DNA of 64,000 nucleotides from a virus (Duplodnaviria; Heunggongvirae; Uroviricota; Caudoviricetes), in IMG/VR virus record IMGVR_UViG_3300009164_000055; one strand, 5' to 3'. Shown piece after piece: positions 28,424 to 37,224 of this stretch. How positions within the stretch are numbered: position 1 is the stretch's first letter; every line of letters starts with the position of its first letter. The notes under the pieces are model-generated. The model ran no database searches. It was not told where the DNA came from and saw nothing but the letters and a program-made list of their open reading frames with translations. Position numbers and translations under genes: made by a program.

Positions 28424-29091
28424 TGTTCAACCTTGATCTAATAGAGCTACCAAAGCTATTGCAGATTAATGGACCGAAAAGATACTATCAAATCCCTAAC
28501 GGGAAGAAGTATCCCTCTGTTACCACAATCCTTGGCGCTATGACAGACAAGTCTGGTCTTGATCGTTGGCGTGAAAGGGTTGGAGAAGAAGAAGCCAATC
28601 GTAAGATGAAGCAAGCTTCTGCTCGTGGTACAGCGGTCCATGCAATCTGTGAAAAGTATGTGTTGAATGAAGCTGTAGATATGGCTGGTGAAATGCCTTT
28701 GACAACTCGTTGTTATTATCAACTTCGAAACTTTGTCAGGGATAACGTCAACAATATTCGAAGTTCTGAAGGACAGTTATATTCAGACACATTGAAGACT
28801 GCTGGTTCAGTCGATCTGGTTGCTGAGTATCGTGGTCTTCCATCGATCATCGATTTCAAAACATCCGAAAAAGAAAAGAAAGAAGAATGGATTGAGAGTT
28901 ATTTTCTCCAAACGTCCATGTACTCTTTCATGCTTTGGGAAAGAACAGGAATGCTATATCCCAACATCGTTGTCGCAATTGGTGTAGACGAACGTAGCGA
29001 AGCACAAATCTTTGTCCGTAAGGCTAAGGACTATCTACCAAAAGCAAAGAAAATGTGCATTGAATATCATGAAAGGTATGAAAATGAGTGA
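28423..29091 (+). CDS. PD-(D/E)XK nuclease (RecB/Cas4-like fold)
   Basis: GTAVHAICE (motif I) ... DLVAEY ... IIDFKTSEK (D-x-K motif III). Confidence 0.55.
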   Translation: MFNLDLIELPKLLQINGPKRYYQIPNGKKYPSVTTILGAMTDKSGLDRWRERVGEEEANRKMKQASARGTAVHAICEKYVLNEAVDMAGEMPLTTRCYYQLRNFVRDNVNNIRSSEGQLYSDTLKTAGSVDLVAEYRGLPSIIDFKTSEKEKKEEWIESYFLQTSMYSFMLWERTGMLYPNIVVAIGVDERSEAQIFVRKAKDYLPKAKKMCIEYHERYENE

Positions 29092-29494
29092 GATTAATCT
29101 AAACAAGTATGCAGACTTCACATTTGAACTTGCATCACTTGCCAGCAAAGACCTACAGACATTGATTGCACGTCTGATTGAACTTGATCAACATGAAACT
29201 GTCAATATTCCATTATTGCTAACTGGTGCTTTTGGACTTGGTAGCGAGGGCGGTGAGTTTCAGGAAATCGTCAAGAAGATGTTATTTCAAGGTAAGCCCT
29301 TGAATGAAGACAATATTTTTCATATGAAGCGTGAGCTTGGAGATATTGCTTGGTATTGGGTAAATGCTTGTAATGCTTTGGGTATCGATCCAAACGAAGT
29401 GATCGCTGAGAATGTTGAGAAACTGAAGGCACGTTATCCTAGTGGTGCCTTTGATCCTTACTACAGCGAAAATCGCAAGGAAAATGACCTCTAA
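29084..29494 (+). CDS. mazG: MazG-like nucleotide pyrophosphohydrolase
   Basis: EGGEFQE...ELGDIAWYW...NVEKLKARYP = MazG EExGE / ELGD signature; start trimmed to ATG with SD. Confidence 0.8.
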   Translation: MSEINLNKYADFTFELASLASKDLQTLIARLIELDQHETVNIPLLLTGAFGLGSEGGEFQEIVKKMLFQGKPLNEDNIFHMKRELGDIAWYWVNACNALGIDPNEVIAENVEKLKARYPSGAFDPYYSENRKENDL

Positions 29495-30015
29495 TGTATC
29501 AGAGCATAGAATCTTCTCGTGGTATGTCTGGTGCTTTAAAATCTTTTGATAATACAGAACATAAGATTTATGATACCAAGGGCAAGGATGCCATGATATC
29601 TGTGCTCAATAAAAACTGTCCTCAATACAAAAATATCGAAAATCCCAACACCTTTGGCATTGATGTGCTTACCCTAAACAATAGCGGTAAGGTTGTCGGG
29701 TGTTGGGAAGTCGAAGTTCGTCATGGAAACTGGCAGGGAGATGTTTCATTTCCTTTCAGAGAAATCAATTGCATCGAACGCAAGGATTATCAATGGCGTA
29801 GGGACCAAGAATTTTTGGACAAGATACCATATGAGATGGCTGACAAATATAAGGTGTACTATGTACAGATGAACAGAGAATGCACCAGAGCAGTTATCAT
29901 TGATGGTGATATTATTCTCGATTACCCATTGAAAGAATGGAGAAATCGTAAAGCTGATGGCGAGTGCGTTAGACAAATTCCTATCTCAAAAACAATTCAA
30001 ATAAAATTGAGTTGA
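29494..30015 (+). CDS. hypothetical protein (possible nuclease fold; GIDVL...CWEVEVR)
   Basis: 173 aa. Confidence 0.35.
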   Translation: MYQSIESSRGMSGALKSFDNTEHKIYDTKGKDAMISVLNKNCPQYKNIENPNTFGIDVLTLNNSGKVVGCWEVEVRHGNWQGDVSFPFREINCIERKDYQWRRDQEFLDKIPYEMADKYKVYYVQMNRECTRAVIIDGDIILDYPLKEWRNRKADGECVRQIPISKTIQIKLS

Positions 30016-30040
30016 CACAAAAAACGAATCGTTTTATATT
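30012..30040 (+). promoter_or_regulatory. early-type sigma70 promoter TTGACA-N17-TATATT (family member P0)
   Basis: TTGACACAAAAAACGAATCGTTTTATATT; ORF-track N-terminal extension 30012.. is this promoter. Confidence 0.5.
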
Positions 30041-30068
30041 CTCTTTATCAAGACGAAAGGGAAATGAA

Positions 30069-30224
30069 ATGACCGTAAATGATTTGATCAATGCTCTTCA
30101 AGCTAACGTCGATAGCTACAAAGCAATCATCAGCAATCCTTCCAGTGATGCTGATCACGTCGAAAGACTGAAGCGTGTAGTTGTTGGATATGAAGCAGAC
30201 ATTCGTGAACTAAAAGGTGAATGA
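30069..30224 (+). CDS. small hypothetical protein (51 aa)
   Basis: ATG with SD AAAGGGAAAT downstream of P0. Confidence 0.35.
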   Translation: MTVNDLINALQANVDSYKAIISNPSSDADHVERLKRVVVGYEADIRELKGE

Positions 30225-30420
30225 TATGATCCCCTATAAAATCTTTAACGCTCCTGTCGATCCAAAGTGGCCAGACTATGGTTGCAACATCTACAAGGAT
30301 GAAGTCTTTGTTGAAGGTCGAATCTATTCCAACTATAGCGGAAACGCCATGATGGATGAAATGAAAGACCTTAAGAGATATGAATTCAAACCTGAAGATG
30401 GATACAAGATAGAATGGTAA
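30217..30420 (+). CDS. small hypothetical protein
   Basis: 67 aa. Confidence 0.35.
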   Translation: MNDMIPYKIFNAPVDPKWPDYGCNIYKDEVFVEGRIYSNYSGNAMMDEMKDLKRYEFKPEDGYKIEW

Positions 30421-30425
30421 AGAAC

Positions 30426-30456
30426 TCCCTCAGAGAAATCTGGGGGATTTTTTTTT
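30426..30456 (+). terminator. rho-independent terminator with GAAA tetraloop and T9
   Basis: TCCCTCAGA-GAAA-TCTGGGGGA then TTTTTTTTT. Confidence 0.65.
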
Positions 30457-30459
30457 ATG

Positions 30460-30488
30460 TTGACACGAATCACAAATGATTATATAAT
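30460..30488 (+). promoter_or_regulatory. early-type promoter TTGACACGAATCACAAATGATTA-TATAAT (P1)
   Basis: perfect -35/-10 consensus, 17 nt spacer, directly after terminator. Confidence 0.55.
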
Positions 30489-30517
30489 CACTTCATCAAG
30501 ACGGAAGGATATACATT

Positions 30518-31168
30518 ATGTCGATTTATCTTAGCATCAATCAAATTCATGAAATTGCCAACGAGAACGAAGTGTCTCTTCGGGTTGCTAACCTTTATGC
30601 TGAGTATGTTGCAAAGGCGAAGGAAAAGAATATGGTCCTGAAGATGGGCCGTAATACGCTTCGTGATAGCACCCGCCAGAAGACCTATAACGCCGAAAAC
30701 AAGTTCATGGCAACTCATGGTCGTGGTGTATGGTTCACCACTGTAGAGGAAGCTCAGAAGTTTGCTGACAAGGTGTTTGCTTCGAAGGTGTGGGAAAAGC
30801 ATAAGACCAATCGTGTCAGCAGCACTTCACCCCGCATCGAATATTCTAACAAGATGACTCGCTACAGCGGGATGGCTTATAGCAATCGTATCACCCTTAG
30901 TCGTAACGGGATGAACGCATACATCCTGCTTCATGAACTGGCGCACACCAATGGCCATCGTCATCACGACTCAACATTCCGTAAGTGCCTCGTTGCCTTT
31001 GTCACCAAGTTCATGGGCAAGGAGCAGGGTGAACTTCTCAATAAGCACTTCAAGGATGCTGGTCTTAAGATGACCGTTCCTACCATCAAGTCGGTGAAGG
31101 AATTCAAAGATTGGCACATCATGTTCAAGCGCATGGAAACTGCACGTCAGGTAAAAAATAATTATTAA
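30518..31168 (+). CDS. putative zinc metallopeptidase-like protein (HExxH)
   Basis: ILLHELAHTNGHRHHD motif; GC-richer codon usage than neighbours. Confidence 0.4.
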   Translation: MSIYLSINQIHEIANENEVSLRVANLYAEYVAKAKEKNMVLKMGRNTLRDSTRQKTYNAENKFMATHGRGVWFTTVEEAQKFADKVFASKVWEKHKTNRVSSTSPRIEYSNKMTRYSGMAYSNRITLSRNGMNAYILLHELAHTNGHRHHDSTFRKCLVAFVTKFMGKEQGELLNKHFKDAGLKMTVPTIKSVKEFKDWHIMFKRMETARQVKNNY

Positions 31169-31176
31169 ATTGTTTG

Positions 31177-31205
31177 TTGACACGAATCAACGAATCGACT
31201 ATTGT
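31177..31205 (+). promoter_or_regulatory. early-type promoter TTGACACGAATCAACGAATCGAC-TATTGT (P2)
   Basis: conserved TTGACACGAATCA box; weaker -10. Confidence 0.4.
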
Positions 31206-31235
31206 CATTTCACAGACAGAGAAAAGGAATTCAAA

Positions 31236-31577
31236 ATGCAAATCACGGTTATTCATAAAGACTTCGAAACCAACAAGCAGGAAGCTGTTGCCGTTGTTAC
31301 CTTTAATGGTACTGATATCATTGCTGGTCTTGATTATGCTTATCGTTGGACCAATAATCTTGATGGTTCATGGTCGCAGGGTGAAGAGTTTGCAATGGAC
31401 GGTCAACTCTATGATAATCCTGACTTCAACGAGAACGTCAAGGTTCTGGCTCCTCTGCGTAAGTTCATGGGTCGTACCATTGGTCATCGCTCTTCGTCAG
31501 TTGGCGATACGATGATTGTCGATGGCGAAGCATACAAGGTTGCTTCATTCGGTTTTGAAAAGATGGAAAACGCTTAA
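31236..31577 (+). CDS. hypothetical protein
   Basis: ORF-track TTG extension lies in promoter; ATG with SD GAAAAGGAA. Confidence 0.4.
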   Translation: MQITVIHKDFETNKQEAVAVVTFNGTDIIAGLDYAYRWTNNLDGSWSQGEEFAMDGQLYDNPDFNENVKVLAPLRKFMGRTIGHRSSSVGDTMIVDGEAYKVASFGFEKMENA

Positions 31578-32101
31578 TGGGTAAGCGTTCAGACTTCGAT
31601 AGGGTAGAGAGAGATTTCTACCCTACACCCATGAAGGCTGTGCTTCCTTTACTTCCACACCTAAAACCAGAAAGCTGGTTCATTGAGCCTTGCGCTGGTG
31701 ATGGTCGCCTTATAGATCATCTACAGGCGCATGGGCACAGGTGTACGTATGGTGTCGATGTTGAACCCATATGGCCTATTCAAAGGGTTGGTGATGCAAC
31801 TTCGATGCAGTATAATCATGGCGAAAATGATTACTTCATTACCAATCCACCATGGGACAGGAAAATACTCCATCCTATGATTGAAAATCTCAGCAACCAG
31901 TTGCCCACGTGGCTTTTGTTTGATGCTGATTGGATGCACACAAAACAAGCCGTACCCTACTTGACACGTCTCATAAGGGTTGTTAGTATCGGAAGGGTAA
32001 AATGGATAGAAGATAGCAAGTCTGTCGGAAAAGACAATTGCTGCTGGTATCTGTTCTGGCATAAGAATGTCTCGCAAACGCAATTTTTTGGAAAGATTTA
32101 A
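31577..32101 (+). CDS. small DNA N6-adenine/N4-cytosine methyltransferase (motif I EPCAGDG, motif IV NPPW)
   Basis: 174 aa; FIEPCAGDGRL and FITNPPW. Confidence 0.55.
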   Translation: MGKRSDFDRVERDFYPTPMKAVLPLLPHLKPESWFIEPCAGDGRLIDHLQAHGHRCTYGVDVEPIWPIQRVGDATSMQYNHGENDYFITNPPWDRKILHPMIENLSNQLPTWLLFDADWMHTKQAVPYLTRLIRVVSIGRVKWIEDSKSVGKDNCCWYLFWHKNVSQTQFFGKI

Positions 32102-32102
32102 T

Positions 32103-32315
32103 ATGAAGATGTGGTTGATACTTTGGTTCTTCAATCTGGATGGTCAATACATTCAGAAAGTGGAGCTTCCCTATAAAAACCGTGTAGAGTGTGTACAGGC
32201 TGCTGGTAATATGGCTAAGAAGTTTGTAAATAAATCATTCGCAATCTCTGCATTCTGTGTTACCGATAACCACCATAAGGGATTGACGATTGATCCCGGC
32301 GTACCAATGGACTAA
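32103..32315 (+). CDS. small hypothetical protein with hydrophobic N-terminus
   Basis: ATG directly after upstream stop. Confidence 0.3.
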   Translation: MKMWLILWFFNLDGQYIQKVELPYKNRVECVQAAGNMAKKFVNKSFAISAFCVTDNHHKGLTIDPGVPMD

Positions 32316-32325
32316 GGAATTTATT

Positions 32326-32502
32326 ATGACTGAAGGTTTGATCAGAATTGAACATCACATGTACAAGTCTTGGATTCGTGAGAATCCAGAGATTGCTATG
32401 CGTAGGATGATGGAACATCATAATAAGATGATGGGCCTTGGTATGATGGTTCGTGTCGAAGAAGACGAACATTATTATGATGTAATTGGAGAAAAGATGT
32501 GA
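32326..32502 (+). CDS. small hypothetical protein
   Basis: SD AAGGA upstream of ATG. Confidence 0.3.
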   Translation: MTEGLIRIEHHMYKSWIRENPEIAMRRMMEHHNKMMGLGMMVRVEEDEHYYDVIGEKM

Positions 32503-33626
32503 ACTACGATTTCCCTATCATCAATAACATTAGTGACGTGCTTCCTGCTATTGAAGGTAGGGATGAGTTCACTGTGGCCGTCAAGGAAGGCTACACTGTC
32601 ATCAACTATAACGTGATGATGAGTGATACCTTTGACTGCCCCATTCGCCGTGAGTGTCGTGGTATCATCTTCGACACTGCTTCTGGTGATATCATTCGCC
32701 GTCCCTTCCAAAAGTTCTTCAACGTGAATGAGCGTGAAGAAACTCAGGATCATGTGGTCGATCTATCACGTCCTCACGCTATCCTTGAGAAGCTTGATGG
32801 TTCAATGATAGCACCTTTCATTGTGAATGGTCAAATGATCTGGGGTACGAAGATGGGCGCTACTGACGTGGCAAAGCCTGTTGAGGAGTTTGTGAAGAAC
32901 AATCCAGATTATCAATTTTTAGCTGAAGAAGCTATTAGCTATGGTTATACTCCAATCTTCGAATGGTGCTCTCGTAAGCAGCGTATCGTTCTTGATTATC
33001 AGGAAGACCAATTAATTCTCACTGCTGTTCGAAATATGACAACTGGTAATTATGCTTTTTTTAAGGCATGGAATCATCTTGTTCCTTTGGTTCGTGAATT
33101 CGATCCACAGACTGACATGAAGGAATTCATTGAGTATGTTCGTGGTCTAGAAGACCTAGAAGGCTTCGTGGTTCGTTTTGATGATGGCCATATGATCAAG
33201 CTGAAGTGTGATTGGTATGTCCAAATTCACAAGGCGAAGGAAGCTATTCTACAGGATCGCAACATCGTTGAGTTGATCCTTGACGATAAGTTGGACGATA
33301 TCAAGGCGCACCTTCCTGCTGAAGATCGTGATCGCCTGACTTACTTCGAGTCTCAGATTAACAGTCGTATTCTTGATAGGTCTGCTCATCTTTCTGATGC
33401 AACAAATACTGAACAGGATTTGGGTGATCGTAAATATTTTGCTCTAAACCGTGCACAAGAATATAACTCATATTCTAAGGCGATTGTGTTTGCTCTTTGG
33501 GATGACAATTCTTATGAGCGTTCTTCAGAATTGGTTCGTAGAACTGTTCGTAATAATCTTGGTCGTACTACCAAGTGGGAAGAGTTGCGTGATCATTGGT
33601 TTGAGGGAGTAACTTATAATGGATGA
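32499..33626 (+). CDS. rnlA: RNA ligase 1 (T4 RnlA type)
   Basis: ECRGIIFD, QKFFNVNERE and nucleotidyl-lysine motif KLDGSM parallel T4 Rnl1 ECRGIMFE/KFFNLNE/KEDGSL; 375 aa. Confidence 0.75.
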   Translation: MNYDFPIINNISDVLPAIEGRDEFTVAVKEGYTVINYNVMMSDTFDCPIRRECRGIIFDTASGDIIRRPFQKFFNVNEREETQDHVVDLSRPHAILEKLDGSMIAPFIVNGQMIWGTKMGATDVAKPVEEFVKNNPDYQFLAEEAISYGYTPIFEWCSRKQRIVLDYQEDQLILTAVRNMTTGNYAFFKAWNHLVPLVREFDPQTDMKEFIEYVRGLEDLEGFVVRFDDGHMIKLKCDWYVQIHKAKEAILQDRNIVELILDDKLDDIKAHLPAEDRDRLTYFESQINSRILDRSAHLSDATNTEQDLGDRKYFALNRAQEYNSYSKAIVFALWDDNSYERSSELVRRTVRNNLGRTTKWEELRDHWFEGVTYNG

Positions 33627-33792
33627 ATACCCCATGATTGCCCTTTGGATGGGAAAGCCCCTGACATATTATACCAAAGAAGAGCTTATTGAAATTGTCA
33701 CTACGCTAGGACGTGAAGTAGAATCAGAACGTGCTAGACATAAGGCAACATTGGATGTATGGTCTTCTATGCGAAAGAGACAAGAGGCATAA
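33619..33792 (+). CDS. small hypothetical protein (57 aa)
   Basis: below ORF-track cutoff; overlaps rnlA end. Confidence 0.25.
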   Translation: MDEYPMIALWMGKPLTYYTKEELIEIVTTLGREVESERARHKATLDVWSSMRKRQEA

Positions 33793-33793
33793 A

Positions 33794-34030
33794 GTGAAGA
33801 AGTATAGAATTAAAGAAAAACTAGACGGATCGTGGAAGGTAGAGCATAAAGGATTTTTAGGGTTCTGGGTCAACTCTGTTGATGATTATTATGGTAGCCC
33901 CAATAACAAATGGACATATTATCAATGCAAAGATTATATTAAAAGGCGACACGAGATAGCTGCCTTTAAGCCAAAGATTTTATATCCTCCGTTTCCAGAT
34001 AGTGACCCAAACTATGGTCATGGTGTTTAA
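33794..34030 (+). CDS. hypothetical protein (GTG start)
   Basis: ORF track 33731.. trimmed; SD AGAGG upstream. Confidence 0.3.
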   Translation: MKKYRIKEKLDGSWKVEHKGFLGFWVNSVDDYYGSPNNKWTYYQCKDYIKRRHEIAAFKPKILYPPFPDSDPNYGHGV

Positions 34031-34047
34031 TTTAAAGGAAAAACGAA

Positions 34048-34524
34048 ATGCCTAAGTGTACAATTCTTGTCGGTGTTCCTGCCTCTGGTAAGTCCACGTG
34101 GGTTCAGGAAAACATGTCTGAAAGGACATGGGTTGTCTCGACTGATAATATTATTGAAAGTCTTGCTACGAGGTATGGCTTTACATATAATGAAATCTTT
34201 AAGGAAACGATTCGCTTTGCTGATATGGTAATGGTAAAGCATATGATCATGAATGCTGAAATTGGTTATGATTTGATCATTGATCGTACTAATCTTTCTG
34301 AGAAGAGCCGCCATCAGTTTATCACTAAGCTGAAAAAGTATGGCTATACCTTTGATGCTATGGTTTTTGAAACCCCTGAAAAGGAAGAGTGGAGCCGCCG
34401 CCTGACAAACCGTGACGGCAAGACCATTCCTGCTGAAGTTTTGAAGAAGATGCAGGATAGCTATGAGATACCCCTATATTCTGAAGGTTTCGAGAATATC
34501 AATTTTATTGAAAATAATTGTTGA
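34048..34524 (+). CDS. pnk: P-loop polynucleotide kinase (T4 Pnk kinase domain only, no phosphatase domain)
   Basis: ILVGVPASGKSTW, LIIDRTNLSEKSR, and C-terminal region align with T4 PseT N-terminal kinase domain; adjacent to rnlA. Confidence 0.6.
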   Translation: MPKCTILVGVPASGKSTWVQENMSERTWVVSTDNIIESLATRYGFTYNEIFKETIRFADMVMVKHMIMNAEIGYDLIIDRTNLSEKSRHQFITKLKKYGYTFDAMVFETPEKEEWSRRLTNRDGKTIPAEVLKKMQDSYEIPLYSEGFENINFIENNC

Positions 34525-34549
34525 CACGAATCACAAATAGTTTTATATT
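34521..34549 (+). promoter_or_regulatory. early-type promoter TTGACACGAATCACAAATAGTTT-TATATT (P3)
   Basis: identical 29-mer to P4. Confidence 0.55.
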
Positions 34550-34578
34550 GTGATCCTCAATAGAAAAAGGAACACCCT

Positions 34579-34860
34579 ATGGAAAAGACTTTTAATTTTC
34601 ACTCTGATTGTGGTCATGGTTGGTTGGCTGTTAAGATTGCTGATCTGAGCAAGGTCAATCTGCCACTGAGCGATATCAGCAACTATTCTTTTGTTCGAGG
34701 CAAGACCTTATATCTTGAAGAAGATTGTGATGCACCTAAGTTTATAAAGGCTTATGAAGCCACTTACGGTACATGCATGAAGTATGTTGAAAAGCATACT
34801 AGCCGTAGCACTATTCGCTCTTATGATGGTGTTTGTACACTTCGTCGTATTGCTGCTTAA
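34579..34860 (+). CDS. hypothetical protein
   Basis: 93 aa, SD AAAAAGGAA. Confidence 0.4.
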   Translation: MEKTFNFHSDCGHGWLAVKIADLSKVNLPLSDISNYSFVRGKTLYLEEDCDAPKFIKAYEATYGTCMKYVEKHTSRSTIRSYDGVCTLRRIAA

Positions 34861-35002
34861 AAGTTACCAACCACAAACCTTAAATGGCCGACATTCTCAG
34901 CGGCCACGAAGGGTATCCACCGGAAGGAACAAACGCCATTGTGAGTTGGCATATTTTTTTGGCGTGAATGGGTACCAATGAGAAACTTTTTGGAGATATA
35001 TT

Positions 35003-35458
35003 ATGCGTGTTGCAGTTGAATATGATCAGTATTGTAATGAAGATTATCACTCAGGTGAACAGTATGGTGAATGGAGAACTAGTTTTAGTTCGTCAGTAAC
35101 TGGCGTTCGTGTGCTTGGTGAAAAAGAAAAGGCTGAATATACCAGTGAGGTTTTTATTCTTCCTGATGATGCCACCACAGCCTACGTTGTCTATATGATC
35201 TATAGCAGCGGTGATAGCTTTGGTAATTCTAACGGAAACATCGATATCATTCATTGCACTTCTAGCTCTGAAAAAGCACATGAACTAGCAAAGAAGATCA
35301 CTGAAAACTCAGAAGATTTCACAATTAAGTTCATTGATGATTTTGATCGTGAAATCAGCATTCACAACAACGGTGCTGGCTACTTCGAACATATTGATTA
35401 TGTTGAAGTTCTTTCGTTTGATCTAAATGGTCAACCTCGTCGTTATCGTGTGAACTAA
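35003..35458 (+). CDS. hypothetical protein
   Basis: 151 aa. Confidence 0.4.
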   Translation: MRVAVEYDQYCNEDYHSGEQYGEWRTSFSSSVTGVRVLGEKEKAEYTSEVFILPDDATTAYVVYMIYSSGDSFGNSNGNIDIIHCTSSSEKAHELAKKITENSEDFTIKFIDDFDREISIHNNGAGYFEHIDYVEVLSFDLNGQPRRYRVN

Positions 35459-35481
35459 AAAAAAAACAAAAAAATGTTTGA

Positions 35482-35536
35482 CAGTCCTTTCCGACTTATG
35501 TAGAAGAAATTCAACAGAGACGGAAAGGACTTTTTT
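35482..35536 (+). terminator. long-loop hairpin (11-bp stem AGTCCTTTCCG/CGGAAAGGACT) + T6, overlapping a TTGACA -35 box
   Basis: perfect inverted repeat followed by TTTTTT immediately before ATG 35537. Confidence 0.45.
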
Positions 35537-35851
35537 ATGATCAAGTTTATCGCAATCAAGGAAGACGGTAAGTACAAGCATCAGTACAAGATTGTATCTG
35601 AAACGAACCGAGGTTACACCTTTGGCCGTATTCGCTTCGAACCTACTGGTCCCAAGGGTGCTGGTTGGAATGTTCGTTGCAGCGAATGTGATGAAGACCT
35701 TGAAGATGCAGTTCGTGCCAAGTTCATCCAGCATGGTCGCCGCTTTCCTATGAAGAAAGCAATGGAGCTTTTCGCTGAAGCTCAACAGGAACTGGAAATG
35801 GAATATCGTGCAGAGAAAAATAATTGGGAAAAAATGTACGAGGCAGCATAA
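35537..35851 (+). CDS. hypothetical protein
   Basis: 104 aa; GC-richer codons. Confidence 0.4.
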   Translation: MIKFIAIKEDGKYKHQYKIVSETNRGYTFGRIRFEPTGPKGAGWNVRCSECDEDLEDAVRAKFIQHGRRFPMKKAMELFAEAQQELEMEYRAEKNNWEKMYEAA

Positions 35852-35857
35852 AAAGCT

Positions 35858-35886
35858 GTTGACACGAATCACAAATAGTTTTATAT
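35858..35886 (+). promoter_or_regulatory. early-type promoter (P4), identical 29-mer to P3
   Basis: TTGACACGAATCACAAATAGTTTTATATT. Confidence 0.55.
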
Positions 35887-35915
35887 TCTCTTCATAGAAA
35901 CGAAAGGAACCCCAC

Positions 35916-36269
35916 ATGGGCGTTTATCAGTACACACTCCGCAAGGAAACTAAGACTGTCGATGGCACCAAGATTGGCCGCTATGGCTATGCTTACAAGC
36001 ATTCTTATTTCCGTCACTACAATCAGGACCGCTATGCTACAATGTACAACCGTCTGGTTGGCAGCGTTGAAGCAGCCGCTGATCGTGCTTTTGAAGCTAA
36101 CTCCGATCTGGAATATGCTGCAATCGGTGAATGGAAGTATGCCAGTGAAGATGAAGGTCTGACTGTCATCAAGGTCAAGAATTCTTCGTTTGCTGACGAT
36201 ACTGCTAATCATGAAGTGGTCGGCTTCTTGAAGAAGCAAGGTCGTAAGTTTAAGTTCGTCAAAAAGTAA
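35916..36269 (+). CDS. hypothetical protein
   Basis: 117 aa. Confidence 0.4.
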   Translation: MGVYQYTLRKETKTVDGTKIGRYGYAYKHSYFRHYNQDRYATMYNRLVGSVEAAADRAFEANSDLEYAAIGEWKYASEDEGLTVIKVKNSSFADDTANHEVVGFLKKQGRKFKFVKK

Positions 36270-36291
36270 GAAACTCAAAAGGAATTATATT

Positions 36292-36897
36292 ATGGGTACA
36301 CGTCATCTTATCGCAGTGCAGAAGAACCATGAGTACAAGGTCGCTCAGTATGGTCAGTGGGATGGTTATCTCTCTGGTCAGGGTGATAGCATCCTTAAGT
36401 TCTTCCATAGAACCGATCTTGAAGCATTCCGTGCCAAGGTTGATAACTGCTTCTATGGTACTCAGGAACAGATTGATGAGGCATACACACCATATACCAA
36501 TGGTGATGGGTGGATGACCTTTAAACAGTCTGCTGAGTTTAAGAAGTCAGAATTCGGTCATATTGGTCGTGATACTGGCTCTGAAATTCTGAGTGTTATT
36601 CTGAATTCAGATGGTCCACTTATGTTGATTGATCAGATTGATTTCGCCAAGGAATCTTTGTTCTGTGAATATGCCTACGTGATCGATCTGGACGATAACG
36701 TCCTTGAAGTCTATCAAGGTTTCAACAAAGAACCACTTCCTGATAGTGCACGTTTCACTGGCACCTCTAAGGATAATGGAGAATATCAGGCTGTGAAGCT
36801 GGTTGCTTCTTTCCCACTTGGAAACCTGCCTGAGAACTTTGATGAGCTTGAAAAGGAACTTTATCCTGATGAAGTTTATGATGAGGATGAAGGATAA
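36292..36897 (+). CDS. hypothetical protein
   Basis: 201 aa. Confidence 0.4.
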   Translation: MGTRHLIAVQKNHEYKVAQYGQWDGYLSGQGDSILKFFHRTDLEAFRAKVDNCFYGTQEQIDEAYTPYTNGDGWMTFKQSAEFKKSEFGHIGRDTGSEILSVILNSDGPLMLIDQIDFAKESLFCEYAYVIDLDDNVLEVYQGFNKEPLPDSARFTGTSKDNGEYQAVKLVASFPLGNLPENFDELEKELYPDEVYDEDEG

Positions 36898-36915
36898 AAA
36901 AAATTAAAATTAGTT

Positions 36916-36944
36916 GTTGACACGAATCACAAATAATTTTATAA
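36916..36944 (+). promoter_or_regulatory. early-type promoter TTGACACGAATCACAAATAATTT-TATAAA (P5) with A-rich UP element
   Basis: preceded by AAAAAAATTAAAATTAGTTG shared with P6. Confidence 0.5.
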
Positions 36945-36950
36945 AGGTGT

Positions 36951-37020
36951 CACTGAGCGGGGAACGAATGGTCTTTCGTAAATTGGCAGATGCCTAAGTG
37001 GACTTCCCCGCTTTTTTTTT
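36951..37020 (+). ncRNA. candidate small RNA / transcription attenuator: multi-hairpin element closed by GCGGGGAA/TTCCCCGC and T10, lying entirely downstream of P5 TSS
   Basis: promoter then ~70 nt structured RNA then TTTTTTTTTT then SD+ATG of 37035 gene. Confidence 0.3.
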
Positions 37021-37034
37021 GAAAGGAATACATT

Positions 37035-37223
37035 ATGCGTATTGGTGAAAAGTATACATTCAAGCGGTTCAAGAAGACCATTGGTCGCCGCCCTGTTGGT
37101 GAAGTTGTTCGTAAGGCTGGTGCTCTGACTTATTTCAAGAAGAGCAATGGTGAAATAGTTCCCATTCAAACCCGCTTCATCGAATACTACTATGTCTATC
37201 TTCCTAACAAGAAGGTGGCGTGA
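37035..37223 (+). CDS. small basic hypothetical protein
   Basis: 62 aa. Confidence 0.35.
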   Translation: MRIGEKYTFKRFKKTIGRRPVGEVVRKAGALTYFKKSNGEIVPIQTRFIEYYYVYLPNKKVA

Positions 37224-37224
37224 C

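Noticed and set aside
30012-30068. N-terminal extension of ORF 30012..30224 (MTQKTNRFIFSLSRRKGNE)
   Set aside because: The extension is the TTGACA-N17-TATATT promoter itself. The real start is the ATG at 30069 with an SD. The same applies to the 31170 extension, where the real start is 31236.
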